A stretch of DNA of 50,967 nt, taken from Thermoflexales bacterium (GTDB lineage: Bacteria; Chloroflexota; Anaerolineae; B4-G1; SLSP01). Every line of letters begins with the position of its first letter. Position 1 is the stretch's first letter. The notes below the pieces were generated by a model that made no database searches, was not told the origin of the DNA, and saw only the letters and a program-made list of their open reading frames with translations. The position numbers were made by a program, and so were the translations under genes. The stretch spans positions 1 through 50,967 of the forward strand of contig SLDA01000240.1 in assembly GCA_007125545.1 (NCBI GenBank), read 5' to 3'. Below are positions 19,169 to 29,066 of the stretch, piece by piece.

Positions 19169-20206
19169 GTGAAGAAGCGAGCATTTCAAGTAATCCTAAC
19201 ACTTTTGCTGAGTGCGGCTGCCTTATATGTCGCGCTACGCGGCATCAGTTTTGCTGATGTGGGTGAAGCCCTCGCACAGGTGGATTGGGGCGGAATGATC
19301 ATTGCCCTAGTCCTGATCCTGGGAACGCTGGTGATTCGAGCTCAGCGTTGGCGCGTCTTGCTTGGACGGACGGTTTCGCTACCCGATGCGTTCGGGCTGA
19401 TCGGAATAGGCTATTTGATAAGTGGCGTACTTCCGCTACGCGCCGGGGATCCCGCGCGTGCGGTTGGTGCCAGCCTGCGAGGGCCGATTTCGGCGCTGGC
19501 AGCACTCTCCACGGTGGTGGTCGAACGCGTTCTCGACATGCTTCTCGTTGTGATCGTATTAGTCGCGACACTGCCCTTTGTGCCCGGCCTTCAAGACTAC
19601 CTAGCGGCAGGCCAAGCCGACCAGTTTCTGTCCTTTAACCTGCTGCTGATCCTGAGCGGGGTGCTTGCATTCGGCCTGCTGTTGGCCTTCATACTGGTCG
19701 CTGTCTTCCCGACTACCACCGAGATGTTGGCTCTGCGGCTGCTCTTAGCTCTGCGGATTCGCAACACGGATCGGTGGTTGAAGCCGCTGCGGAGCATCCT
19801 GCACGGGCTGACGGCCCTGCGCTCGCCGAAGGATGGCCTGGCTATCGGCCTCTGGTCGATTGCGCTGTGGGGCACGACAGGGGCCTACTTCGCCATCATT
19901 ATGTGGGCCTGCCGGGCATTCCTTCCAGCGGTCTCACTGCTGCGGAGTCTGGTAGCTATGTGGGCTAGCGCATTCGGCATGGTATTTCCGGCACAGGGAG
20001 GGATTGGAGCCTTCCATTTCGCGGTCAGGACCGCACTCTTCTGGGGCTTCGATGTTGCCGAGGAGCTGGGATTCGCGTATGCAGTGGTAGTACACGCACT
20101 ACCCTATCTCGCGGGCATCACGCTTGGAGCGCTGACCCTTCTATTCTGGGGTATGTCCGTCAAGAGCCTGATCAACCGCGGCGAGCATATCGAGGTTGAA
20201 AGTTAA
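19169..20206 (+). CDS. Lysylphosphatidylglycerol synthase TM / flippase-like (UPF0104) membrane protein
   Basis: RAQRWRVLL, LPLRAGD, VVERVLD, PAQGGIG, multiple TM segments. Confidence 0.85.
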   Translation: MKKRAFQVILTLLLSAAALYVALRGISFADVGEALAQVDWGGMIIALVLILGTLVIRAQRWRVLLGRTVSLPDAFGLIGIGYLISGVLPLRAGDPARAVGASLRGPISALAALSTVVVERVLDMLLVVIVLVATLPFVPGLQDYLAAGQADQFLSFNLLLILSGVLAFGLLLAFILVAVFPTTTEMLALRLLLALRIRNTDRWLKPLRSILHGLTALRSPKDGLAIGLWSIALWGTTGAYFAIIMWACRAFLPAVSLLRSLVAMWASAFGMVFPAQGGIGAFHFAVRTALFWGFDVAEELGFAYAVVVHALPYLAGITLGALTLLFWGMSVKSLINRGEHIEVES

Positions 20207-20328
20207 GGCATCCGACGGACGCATTAGAGCAAGAACAACTGTCACATCCCGTAAACCTTGCCACGCTCCGATGGTCCGATCCGCTCCGCGCGCGGCGCTG
20301 TTGGGTGGTGGTTCATCTTGGAGGATTG

Positions 20329-21402
20329 ATGCATTATTTAATTACCGGCGGAGCCGGCTTTATCGGCTCGAACTACGTGCGGCGCCTGCTCGAGCGGGGA
20401 GAGCGGGTCACCGTCTACGACAACCTCTCCCGCAAGGGCGCCGACGCTAACCTTCGCTGGCTACAGGCAGAGTTCGGACACGATAACTTCACATTCATCA
20501 GGGGTGATATACGCGACGCAGCCTTGATGACGATCACGGCTCTGGATGCGGATGTCATTGTGCATCTGGCTGCCCAAGTCGCGGTCACAACCTCGGTCGA
20601 GCGTCCCAGAGAAGATATTGAGATCAACGCGATGGGCACCTTCAATGTGCTGGAAGCTGCGCGTTACTCACCCTCACGACCGATGGTTCTGTATGCTTCC
20701 ACAAACAAAGTATACGGAAGTATGGAAGGCGTCATCATCGAGGAGAGGGATACCCGTTACGCCTATCGTGACTATCCATACGGCATCCCGGAGAGCTACC
20801 CCACTGACTTTCACTCTCCCTACGGCTGTTCCAAAGGCGCGGGCGATCAGTACGTCCGCGATTATGCCCGTATCTACGGTATGCCGACAGTGGTTTTCCG
20901 CCAAAGCTGTATCTACGGACCGCGCCAGTTCGGCGTCGAGGATCAAGGATGGGTCGCCTGGTTTATCATTGCGGCGCAGTTAGCCAAGTCCATCACGATT
21001 TTCGGCAACGGAAAGCAGGTGCGCGACCTGCTCCATGTCGAGGATCTGCTCGATGCTTACGATGCCGCCGTCGGCAGTATGGACCGCATTTCCGGACAGA
21101 TTTACAACTTGGGGGGAGGTCCGGAGAATCAGCTTTCGATTTGGGCTGAATTCGCTCCGATCCTCGAGGAACTCCGTGGTGAACCGATTCCGACCGCTCG
21201 AGGGGGCTGGCGCCCCGGTGATCAACGGATCTTTGTCGCTGATATTCGCAAGGCAGAACGCGATCTGAATTGGCGTCCCAAGATCGACGTCAAGACTGGA
21301 ATTGAGAAGCTCTATCATTGGGTCGCAGCCAACGAAACCCTCCTGGAAGCCTATGTGGGCGAAGGCAGCCGGAAGCCCGTCGCCGGGAGCCGGGTACCGT
21401 GA
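20329..21402 (+). CDS. NAD-dependent nucleotide-sugar epimerase (CDP-paratose 2-epimerase-like)
   Basis: TGGAGFIG, HLAAQVAVTTS, STNKVYG, YGCSK, RQSCIYG, GVEDQGW. Confidence 0.9.
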   Translation: MHYLITGGAGFIGSNYVRRLLERGERVTVYDNLSRKGADANLRWLQAEFGHDNFTFIRGDIRDAALMTITALDADVIVHLAAQVAVTTSVERPREDIEINAMGTFNVLEAARYSPSRPMVLYASTNKVYGSMEGVIIEERDTRYAYRDYPYGIPESYPTDFHSPYGCSKGAGDQYVRDYARIYGMPTVVFRQSCIYGPRQFGVEDQGWVAWFIIAAQLAKSITIFGNGKQVRDLLHVEDLLDAYDAAVGSMDRISGQIYNLGGGPENQLSIWAEFAPILEELRGEPIPTARGGWRPGDQRIFVADIRKAERDLNWRPKIDVKTGIEKLYHWVAANETLLEAYVGEGSRKPVAGSRVP

Positions 21403-22616
21403 ATCCTATGGACGTCCCTGTGGCGAACGCCTCCTCTACGGCGCGGGCTATGAAAGTCTTGGTGGTGCTGACGTATTACAGGCCGCATACGAGTGGGCTC
21501 ACGATCTATGCTGAGCGGCTGGCCCGGGGTTTGGCAGCACGCGGTCACCACGTGACAGTCCTGACATCACGCTACGACCCCCAGTTGCCCAGCCACGAGC
21601 AACTGGATGGGGTTCACATTGTGCGGGCCCCGGTCCTATTCCGGGTAAGCAAGGGGGTCATTATGCCCACCTTTGGGCTGCTTGCCTGGAAGTATGTCCG
21701 GGAAACGGATCTGATGAGCCTGCATCTGCCGCAGTTCGATGCCGCCGGTGTCGCCCTACGCGGAAGGATGCTGCGCAAGCCCACGCTCCTCACCTACCAT
21801 TGCGATCTGCTGATGCCTCCGGGCGTCTTCAACCGCATTGTCAATCGCATCGTGCTCCAGATGAATGCGCTTGCAGGTCGGTTCAGTCACGGCGTCGTAG
21901 CCTATACGCAAGACTTCGCAGACCATTCACCCTTCCTACAGCGCTTCTCGCAGAAGCTGCATATCATCCCCCCACCGGTCGAGCTACCGGATATGACTCA
22001 ATCGGGAATTGTTGCCTTCTCCCGTATGCACAATCCTTCGAACAAGCATCCGGTCATCGGTATGGCAGCCAGGCTCGCGACAGAGAAAGGGGTTGAGGTG
22101 CTGCTGCAGGCCTTCCCAAGAATCCTGGAAAGATATCCGAACGCGATGATTCTCTTCGCCGGTCAGTACATGAAAGTCTTAGCGGAAGAAGGCTATGCGC
22201 AACGCCTTTTGCCGAAGATCAGACTGTACGAGGAAAAAGGTCAGTGGAAGTTTTTGGGCGTGCTGGATCCTGTGAGGATGGCTGCTTTCTACCCAAATCT
22301 GGACGTCATTACTGTCCCGAGTCTGAATTCCACGGAGTCCTTCGGGTTAGTCCAAGTAGAGGCTATGTTGTGCGGGACACCCAGCGTCGCCAGCGACCTA
22401 CCGGGTGTACGCCAGCCCGTCCTGCAAACGGGAATGGGCGAAATTGCCCCCATTGGCGACCCGCAGGGCCTTGCAGATGCGATACTGCAAGTCCTCGATA
22501 ATCCGGAAAAGTACAGACGCTCGCCGCAGGAGATCGCCGCACGATTCTCAACCGAGCGGACCGTAGATGAGTATGAGCAGCTGTTCTCACGTATGTTGTC
22601 CGAGGAGACGCACTGA
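21399..22616 (+). CDS. GT4 glycosyltransferase
   Basis: YYRPHTSG, ARLATEKG, ESFGLVQVEAM.CG.P; GTG overlaps the epimerase stop (alternative start 21450). Confidence 0.9.
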   Translation: MNPMDVPVANASSTARAMKVLVVLTYYRPHTSGLTIYAERLARGLAARGHHVTVLTSRYDPQLPSHEQLDGVHIVRAPVLFRVSKGVIMPTFGLLAWKYVRETDLMSLHLPQFDAAGVALRGRMLRKPTLLTYHCDLLMPPGVFNRIVNRIVLQMNALAGRFSHGVVAYTQDFADHSPFLQRFSQKLHIIPPPVELPDMTQSGIVAFSRMHNPSNKHPVIGMAARLATEKGVEVLLQAFPRILERYPNAMILFAGQYMKVLAEEGYAQRLLPKIRLYEEKGQWKFLGVLDPVRMAAFYPNLDVITVPSLNSTESFGLVQVEAMLCGTPSVASDLPGVRQPVLQTGMGEIAPIGDPQGLADAILQVLDNPEKYRRSPQEIAARFSTERTVDEYEQLFSRMLSEETH

Positions 22617-22673
22617 TCCCGCGACACCATCAAGGCTCACCGGGAGCTGCAATTGGTGCATTAGATAAAAAGG

Positions 22674-22731
22674 CGAGGTTCTCGGACTGAGCGTGCTCGA
22701 TGCATCAAGCACGCTTAGTCCGAGAACCTCG
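22674..22731. terminator. 58-bp near-perfect palindrome between convergent operons
   Basis: cgaggttctcggactgagcgtgct...agcacgcttagtccgagaacctcg; the preceding A-run gives a U-tract on the minus strand. Confidence 0.7.
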
Positions 22732-22756
22732 GAGCGTATACGTCGCGCACTGCCGA

Positions 22757-23461
22757 TCAGGTGGCGAGCTGACCGTCTTTCAACTGCAAGATCATGTCCA
22801 CGTAGTCATCGACCAGGGGATCATGCGAGGCCATAAGCATGGTGATCTGTTCTTCATCGACGATCGTCTGAAAGAGTCCCAAGATTTCGCGTGCGGTCTC
22901 GCTGTCCAGTTCACCGGTCGGTTCATCCGCCAGCATCAAGCGCGGCTCATTCGCCAAGGAACGAGCAATCGCGACACGCTGTTGCTGACCGCCCGAAAGC
23001 TCGTATGGGCGGTGATCCGCCCATTTGCGCAACCCTACCAGATCTAGACAGTACATTGCCCGCTTGTGCCGTTCGCGAGCAGGGGCGCCTTTGATACGTA
23101 GCATAAGTTCAACATTCTCATAGGCAGACAGCGTCGGCAGCAATCCAAAGGATTGGAAGATGAAGCCCAATTGCTCGCGGCGCCAACGTGTGAGTTGCCG
23201 GTCATTCATTTCCGAAAGGTCATAGCCCAAGACGCGAGCACTCCCGCTGGTAGGCCGATCAAGGCCGCTCAGGCAGTTGAGCAGCGTCGTCTTGCCGCTA
23301 CCCGACCGCCCCTTGAGTGCAATGAAGTGACCGGGTTCGATCTCCAGATTCAAGCCGCGGAGGGCTTGCACCTCAATATTATTGCCGATCTTGTAGACAC
23401 GCCACAGATCCTCAGTCACAATCGCTAACTTGGTATCAGTCACTGCTAACCTAGTCGCCAT
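22757..23461 (-). CDS. ABC transporter ATP-binding protein (LolD/MacB type)
   Basis: [29 protein letters not shown]. Confidence 0.93.
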   Translation of the reverse strand: MATRLAVTDTKLAIVTEDLWRVYKIGNNIEVQALRGLNLEIEPGHFIALKGRSGSGKTTLLNCLSGLDRPTSGSARVLGYDLSEMNDRQLTRWRREQLGFIFQSFGLLPTLSAYENVELMLRIKGAPARERHKRAMYCLDLVGLRKWADHRPYELSGGQQQRVAIARSLANEPRLMLADEPTGELDSETAREILGLFQTIVDEEQITMLMASHDPLVDDYVDMILQLKDGQLAT

Positions 23462-23462
23462 A

Positions 23463-24587
23463 CTAATCTCCACGCTTATTCTTGAGCTCGCCGCGCGCGA
23501 TCCGAGCGAGAAGGCCGCTCAGTCCACGTCCCTTCTTGGCCTCCTCAAGGCCTGTCGCCAGTATCTCCGCGTCACGAACATGATCCAGATCAGTCGTATC
23601 AGTCGGCAACACCAGGATGCCGTCCTCAGTAAGCTCCAGGCGCACCCGACCTCGGATGCCAAACTGCTCCAAATACTCTTTGGGAATCTGCAGTCGTCCG
23701 GCAGCGTCCAACACAGTCAGTTCCTCGAAGACCTCTTCCTGCACCTCGTGCTCGGCCTCGATACTTTCCTTTGCACGAAGGCCCCGAACCCCATTGTTGG
23801 ACTTCGATCGGACCGTTTCCGTTGCCATGCGCCCATCGCGAATCGCGACAACACGGTCTACGTGGCGGGCGATACTGGGATCGTGACTAACAATTAGCAT
23901 AGTCAAGCCGAATTGACGATTGAGATCGCGGAATAATTCGTAGACCGCCAGGGCGGTGACAGAATCCAACTCTCCAGTGGGCTCGTCGGCCAGGACGAAC
24001 TTGGGGTTGTTCGCCAGGGCTACGGCAATCGCTACACGCTGCTGCTCACCACCCGATAACTCGGAGAGTTTGTGGCGCATCCGGTCTCCCAACCCGACGA
24101 CATCCAGCAGCTCTCCGGCTCGCTGGTTGACACGTCGTCCCGCCTGACCTGCTAATGTCATTGGGAGCTTGACGTTTTCCAGAGCATTGAGGTAGGGGAT
24201 CAGATTCCGAGCGCCATGTTGCCAGACAAACCCGACCTCCTCGCGCCGGTATTGATTGAGATCGCGGTTCGACAACTTGAGCAGATCCTTACCATCGACC
24301 CAAGCACGTCCGGCGGAGGGCCGGTCCAGGCCACCGAGCACATTCATCAAGGTGGACTTGCCGCTCCCGCTGGCTCCAACGATTCCAAGAAGCTCGCCCG
24401 TTTGGACGACCAGATCCAGGCCCTGCAAGGCCACCACCTCCAGATCCGCGACCTTATAGATTTTGACCAGGTTGTCGCAGACAATGAACGGCTTGGACCC
24501 TTCACTGCTTTGCGAACCATTTCGGTCAAAGCTGGTCTGGATAGAAGGCGTATTCAGCACAGGTGTCTCTATACGTTCTGCCATCAT
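23463..24587 (-). CDS. ABC ATP-binding protein (LolD type) with C-terminal AbrB/MraZ-like beta-hairpin
   Basis: [22 protein letters not shown]; tail [37 protein letters not shown]. Confidence 0.9.
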   Translation of the reverse strand: MMAERIETPVLNTPSIQTSFDRNGSQSSEGSKPFIVCDNLVKIYKVADLEVVALQGLDLVVQTGELLGIVGASGSGKSTLMNVLGGLDRPSAGRAWVDGKDLLKLSNRDLNQYRREEVGFVWQHGARNLIPYLNALENVKLPMTLAGQAGRRVNQRAGELLDVVGLGDRMRHKLSELSGGEQQRVAIAVALANNPKFVLADEPTGELDSVTALAVYELFRDLNRQFGLTMLIVSHDPSIARHVDRVVAIRDGRMATETVRSKSNNGVRGLRAKESIEAEHEVQEEVFEELTVLDAAGRLQIPKEYLEQFGIRGRVRLELTEDGILVLPTDTTDLDHVRDAEILATGLEEAKKGRGLSGLLARIARGELKNKRGD

Positions 24588-24649
24588 TCTCACCCTTCAC
24601 ACAAGATCGAACTAGCATTCATACCGTTTCCACCAGATAGACCGCCCGG

Positions 24650-27538
24650 TCAGGCAGTCTCACCCAGTTTGACGGCCTCAAAAATCCTCATACGCCGCAA
24701 CATAATACCCAGCGCCACGAGCGCAACAACAAAGAGCATCGCAAATAGTTGATAAATCCGGAAAATCTCTGCCCAAGCGATATCGACGACATACGGCGGG
24801 ATACGGGAGGCCTCATCGACGCCGATCTGGAGAAAGGGAATGAAGAACTGACTGACGAAACCACCCAACGCGGTGCCCAGCCCTCCTCCGATCAAAATCA
24901 GGAAAGCCAATTCCCATGTCAGAAAAGCTGTCATATGCCGTGATGACAATCCGACAGCGCGCAACACACCGAACTCGATAAACCTACGACGGAAGGAAAA
25001 GAGCGCATACAACAAGAAACCGATGACCGTCAGGGCAGCTGCAGCGGCAAAGCCGACGGACAGAAGACCGAACAGCCCCTGGCGCTCCGGAAGCTCCTGT
25101 TCACGGGCGATAGCGACACCTGGGGCCAGCCAGTCGTGCACGAAAATATTGAGCTCTTCCTCGACAAGGACGGGAATGTCGGCCTCTGTGGAGAGACCCA
25201 TCCACACGCCGTAAGGCAGCTGCTCACCGGCTTGCTCGAAGAAATAGTCAGCATCACCGACGAAGAGTGGACCCTGCGAAGGATACCAGGTCGGAAAATA
25301 CTTGAACGTCCCAACAATCTGCGTATCGAGGGTTGTCCGCTGTCCATAGGCAGTCACCTCAAGACGCACCGAATCGCCAAGGGTAAGGATGTTCGCGTCT
25401 AAGAATTCTTCATTCACGAGGATGCCATTGCGCTGCAGTGCCAGTTTGTTCATCAACACACCAAGATTCTGAGAAGCGAAGTCATCCCGCCAGAAACCGA
25501 TGCCGGGGAATTGCGCACGGTCGAGGCCCATAAAGGATCCGAGCTCCCTGCCCGTCGTCGCACTTGCGATGGCGGGATAGACGACCACCCGTGTCACAGC
25601 CTCAACACCTGGAGCATTGAGGTACTCCGAGACGGGCAAGAAGTACCAGCGCGGCCCATCGTCCTCTTCCGTGTTGGTGTTGCCGCCCGCGCCGAAGAAT
25701 CCGCCCAATCCTCCGGAACTGGTGCCTTCGCCTCGATCCATAAAGCGCATATCGGCTCCGGCTGCATAGTAAGTCTTATCATAGAGGTGTTGATCCAGTG
25801 TGTGCGCGAGCGATGCAGTGAACGCGGACAGACTGAGGGTCAGCACAAGAAGAATCAGCGGTGTATTGTAGAAGCTCGGTGTTCGCGCCAGGTGACGAGC
25901 CGCCATTAAAAGGCCAACCGACTTCGTTCGCGCCGCAATCCAGGCGACTCCCGACATAAAGATAGGCATGAGGCGCAAGAAGAAGAGGGTCATCGCGAAA
26001 ATACCAAGAGCCGGGAACAGGAAGAGTAGGGGATTCTGCAATGGAGCACCACCGAGGCCACTCTCCAGTTCAACCACAGTACCCTGGTTTCGCAGCAGAT
26101 AGGCACCATAGCCAGCCGGAATAAGCAGGAGCACGTCTAGCCACATTCGCTGCCACCACGGCTTGCGCAGCATTCGAGCCACTTCCCGTTTGTACGACAC
26201 AACGGTGTGTCCTGCGGCACCGACGGTCGGGAGAATTTGTGCCGCGATGCCGATGAGTACGCCAACGGCGCCAAACCGTAACGTAGTTGCACTCAGCGAC
26301 ACGCGCAGCGAGGCCAACCCGGCAGAAAAATCCAGGAAGCTTCGTGCCTGACCGATCAACTGCGCGATGAACATCGCAACCGGAGCACTCAGCGCCAATG
26401 CGATAGCTCCGAGAAGCAGGCCCTCTAACGTCGCAATCCCCACCATCTGCGCTACCATTGCACCACGACTGCGAAGAACGGCGACCTCATTGCGACGCCG
26501 CTCCGTAGCTAGCGCTGCGGTGAGCGTGATGAAGGCCAGCAGCAGTCCCAGAATGGGAATGCTGAAAGCGTACAGGAGTATCGTCAGCAAGTTGGCCGAA
26601 CGCTGATAACTCACCAAGGCATCCAGCGGCGACCTACCTAGCGTCGTGTTCGGCAGCAAACCGGCAGCACGCTGTCGAACGGAGAGTGTACGCCGCACCA
26701 GGGGCATCGCGTCATTGTGATTAACGCTCTCTCCATCCAACATGATATTCCAGACAGCGGTGTAAACTTCCTTGTCCATCCTCGCACTGATGTTCGAGGC
26801 AAAGGTTTCTTCAGAAACCATCAGACGTTCGGAGAAGGCCCGAGGGCGAAAAAACCAGAAGCCGTCGTAAGGATCCTCGGGGATCCACACACCGACGATA
26901 CGCACCGGAAACTGTAAGTCCTTGACAAACCCATCATCGGCTCGGACCCGCGCATACGCGATATAGATCTCGTCAACCTGGAGTCCAAGCGTCGTCGCCA
27001 GATCCTCATGGATCATCGCCTCGATGGCAGAACCATCATCCGGCGCTGTGAAGCCGGGAAAGCGTCCTTCTGTGATATGAATATGGTTTTCGATGTCGCT
27101 AATGAAGGCGAAACCAGCCCAGACGAGAGGAGACGACGTGTTACTGAAAGCAGAATCGCGGTCGGCGAAGAGACCGAAGGGATCCGTGGTCATGTAGCGC
27201 ACGACCGACTGAAGCGGCAGGCCAAACCGCTCGCCAGCCTCGTGGGTCAGATAGGCGTCAACCGCCTGTAAATCCTCCCATTCCTTGCTGCCATAGATAC
27301 TGCCGTCGTAACGGAAGAGAAAACTAAAAGCAGGAATGGTGCCCTCGGGTGCACCTTCTTCTGTGATGTTGCGCAGGAAAACACGATGATAGACTGCATC
27401 CGCATAGGTTGGGATGCTCATCATCAAGGCGATAGCAACCACCAGCCCTAGCGTGGTTGCCACCACGAGCCAGGGCTGGGAGGTCACCCGTTTTGCTACA
27501 ACAACGAGAATCGCCCGAAGTCGGTTCAGGAATTTCAT
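24650..27538 (-). CDS. FtsX/MacB-family ABC permease (two repeats)
   Basis: ERRRNEVAVLRSRGA and RRRFIEFGVLRAVG FtsX motifs; large extracytoplasmic domains. Confidence 0.88.
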   Translation of the reverse strand: MKFLNRLRAILVVVAKRVTSQPWLVVATTLGLVVAIALMMSIPTYADAVYHRVFLRNITEEGAPEGTIPAFSFLFRYDGSIYGSKEWEDLQAVDAYLTHEAGERFGLPLQSVVRYMTTDPFGLFADRDSAFSNTSSPLVWAGFAFISDIENHIHITEGRFPGFTAPDDGSAIEAMIHEDLATTLGLQVDEIYIAYARVRADDGFVKDLQFPVRIVGVWIPEDPYDGFWFFRPRAFSERLMVSEETFASNISARMDKEVYTAVWNIMLDGESVNHNDAMPLVRRTLSVRQRAAGLLPNTTLGRSPLDALVSYQRSANLLTILLYAFSIPILGLLLAFITLTAALATERRRNEVAVLRSRGAMVAQMVGIATLEGLLLGAIALALSAPVAMFIAQLIGQARSFLDFSAGLASLRVSLSATTLRFGAVGVLIGIAAQILPTVGAAGHTVVSYKREVARMLRKPWWQRMWLDVLLLIPAGYGAYLLRNQGTVVELESGLGGAPLQNPLLFLFPALGIFAMTLFFLRLMPIFMSGVAWIAARTKSVGLLMAARHLARTPSFYNTPLILLVLTLSLSAFTASLAHTLDQHLYDKTYYAAGADMRFMDRGEGTSSGGLGGFFGAGGNTNTEEDDGPRWYFLPVSEYLNAPGVEAVTRVVVYPAIASATTGRELGSFMGLDRAQFPGIGFWRDDFASQNLGVLMNKLALQRNGILVNEEFLDANILTLGDSVRLEVTAYGQRTTLDTQIVGTFKYFPTWYPSQGPLFVGDADYFFEQAGEQLPYGVWMGLSTEADIPVLVEEELNIFVHDWLAPGVAIAREQELPERQGLFGLLSVGFAAAAALTVIGFLLYALFSFRRRFIEFGVLRAVGLSSRHMTAFLTWELAFLILIGGGLGTALGGFVSQFFIPFLQIGVDEASRIPPYVVDIAWAEIFRIYQLFAMLFVVALVALGIMLRRMRIFEAVKLGETA

Positions 27539-27539
27539 G

Positions 27540-28898
27540 CTACGGCGCGATAACGAGTTGTCCTTCGGTCACACCATCCAAGATTTCCAGACGCTCAGGA
27601 GAGCGGAGGCCAAGTCGAACATCAACCCGCCGCTGCGCGCCGGCTTCCTGAATGACCACAAACGAACGTCCTTCAAATGTACGCACAGCCTGTGGTGGAA
27701 GCCACAGAGTACCCTCGGAACGGTCTAACTCAACCGTCATACGAAATCGATCACCAATATTGTAGCCCGCCTCAACCGGATCGATATCGACCAGACTAAC
27801 GCGGACGGACTTATCCGCATCATCGACAGCCGACGAGCCTGAACCACCGCTGTAAGGATAGGGCAATCTACGAATTAATCCCGGTAACACCTCGCCGGGG
27901 CGGTTCATAAACTCAGCCGACAACTCCATACCTTCCGATAATTCGCTCTTCTCGCTGTCCGTCAAGTCAGCGATGATCTCGAGTTCGGTTGGATCTGCAA
28001 GGACGAGCATAGGCCGGTAGCCCTGAACTTGATTGCCTTCCGTGAGGTTGATCTGCAAAACCACACCGCTGAACGGAGCGACAATCCGCGCGTCGTTAAG
28101 CTGATCCTTCAAACGATTGACCGAGAGCACGGTACGGGTAATGTCAAGCCCTGCTCCTATCTCTGCGGCCCGGAGTTGTGCCATATCCAGAGCCATCTCT
28201 GCCATCTCGATATCATAAGCGGTGCGTTGGAGGCCGCGCAGGATGTCATTATATTGAGCCTCCGCGAGTTCCAGATTCCACTGCGCTTCCTGCACAGCAT
28301 TGGCGTAGGCTACGCGGACGTCTTCGCTTTCCCAGGAGCGGTCCAACGACTTATTGTACTCGTCCTGAGCGTGCGCAAGCCGCGTGCGTGCCCGTTCCAG
28401 ATTCTGGCGGGCGCTAAGCGTAGCGGCATCGCTGTTGCTGGCTCGAAGCTTGGCAAGGTTTAGCTCGGCAGTACGCACGCTGTTCTGTGCCTCTGTCATT
28501 CGCCGCTCGTGGTCCATCTGCACAGATCTCAGTTCAGTTTCCTGCTGGACAATCTGGTTCTTGAGATCTGTCACCTCAAGCTCAGCCAGCAGATCGCCTT
28601 CCTCGACCTCATCATTGCGGCGCACGTAGACGGACTCTACGTAACCGTTGGTCCTGAAGAAGAGCTCCTCCTCAAGGACCGGGGCGACACGTCCCGAGAA
28701 CTGCAGCAGTCGAATGACATCGCCCCGCTGCACCTCATAGGTGGGATTCGTCGGGACTACCGAGGTCGGAATAGGTGTGGGGGTTGCACTCTCACCGCTG
28801 CCGGTACCGACTGTCCCGGACGCACATGCACCTAACCCGACCATAATGCTAATCAAGACGAGAAAAGAGAGTGGTGTGGCTAGTCTCCATCGAGCCAT
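27540..28898 (-). CDS. Efflux membrane-fusion (adaptor) lipoprotein
   Basis: Start re-placed at MARWRL (RBS AGGAGG); lipobox LGAC; lipoyl halves, coiled coil, APFSGVV. Confidence 0.88.
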   Translation of the reverse strand: MARWRLATPLSFLVLISIMVGLGACASGTVGTGSGESATPTPIPTSVVPTNPTYEVQRGDVIRLLQFSGRVAPVLEEELFFRTNGYVESVYVRRNDEVEEGDLLAELEVTDLKNQIVQQETELRSVQMDHERRMTEAQNSVRTAELNLAKLRASNSDAATLSARQNLERARTRLAHAQDEYNKSLDRSWESEDVRVAYANAVQEAQWNLELAEAQYNDILRGLQRTAYDIEMAEMALDMAQLRAAEIGAGLDITRTVLSVNRLKDQLNDARIVAPFSGVVLQINLTEGNQVQGYRPMLVLADPTELEIIADLTDSEKSELSEGMELSAEFMNRPGEVLPGLIRRLPYPYSGGSGSSAVDDADKSVRVSLVDIDPVEAGYNIGDRFRMTVELDRSEGTLWLPPQAVRTFEGRSFVVIQEAGAQRRVDVRLGLRSPERLEILDGVTEGQLVIAP

Positions 28899-29066
28899 CA
28901 GATTGAATCCTCCTGCGTAAATGATATAGCCTAGGACATAATCATACCACGAATGAGCGCAAAAAACAGCCACTCTTTCCGCGGCCTGGGAACTAATGAT
29001 TGTGTCCGGGGTGGGCCGGGGCGGCTGCAAAGACCGCCCCATCCATCGCCTAAGTGCTCGCCAATG

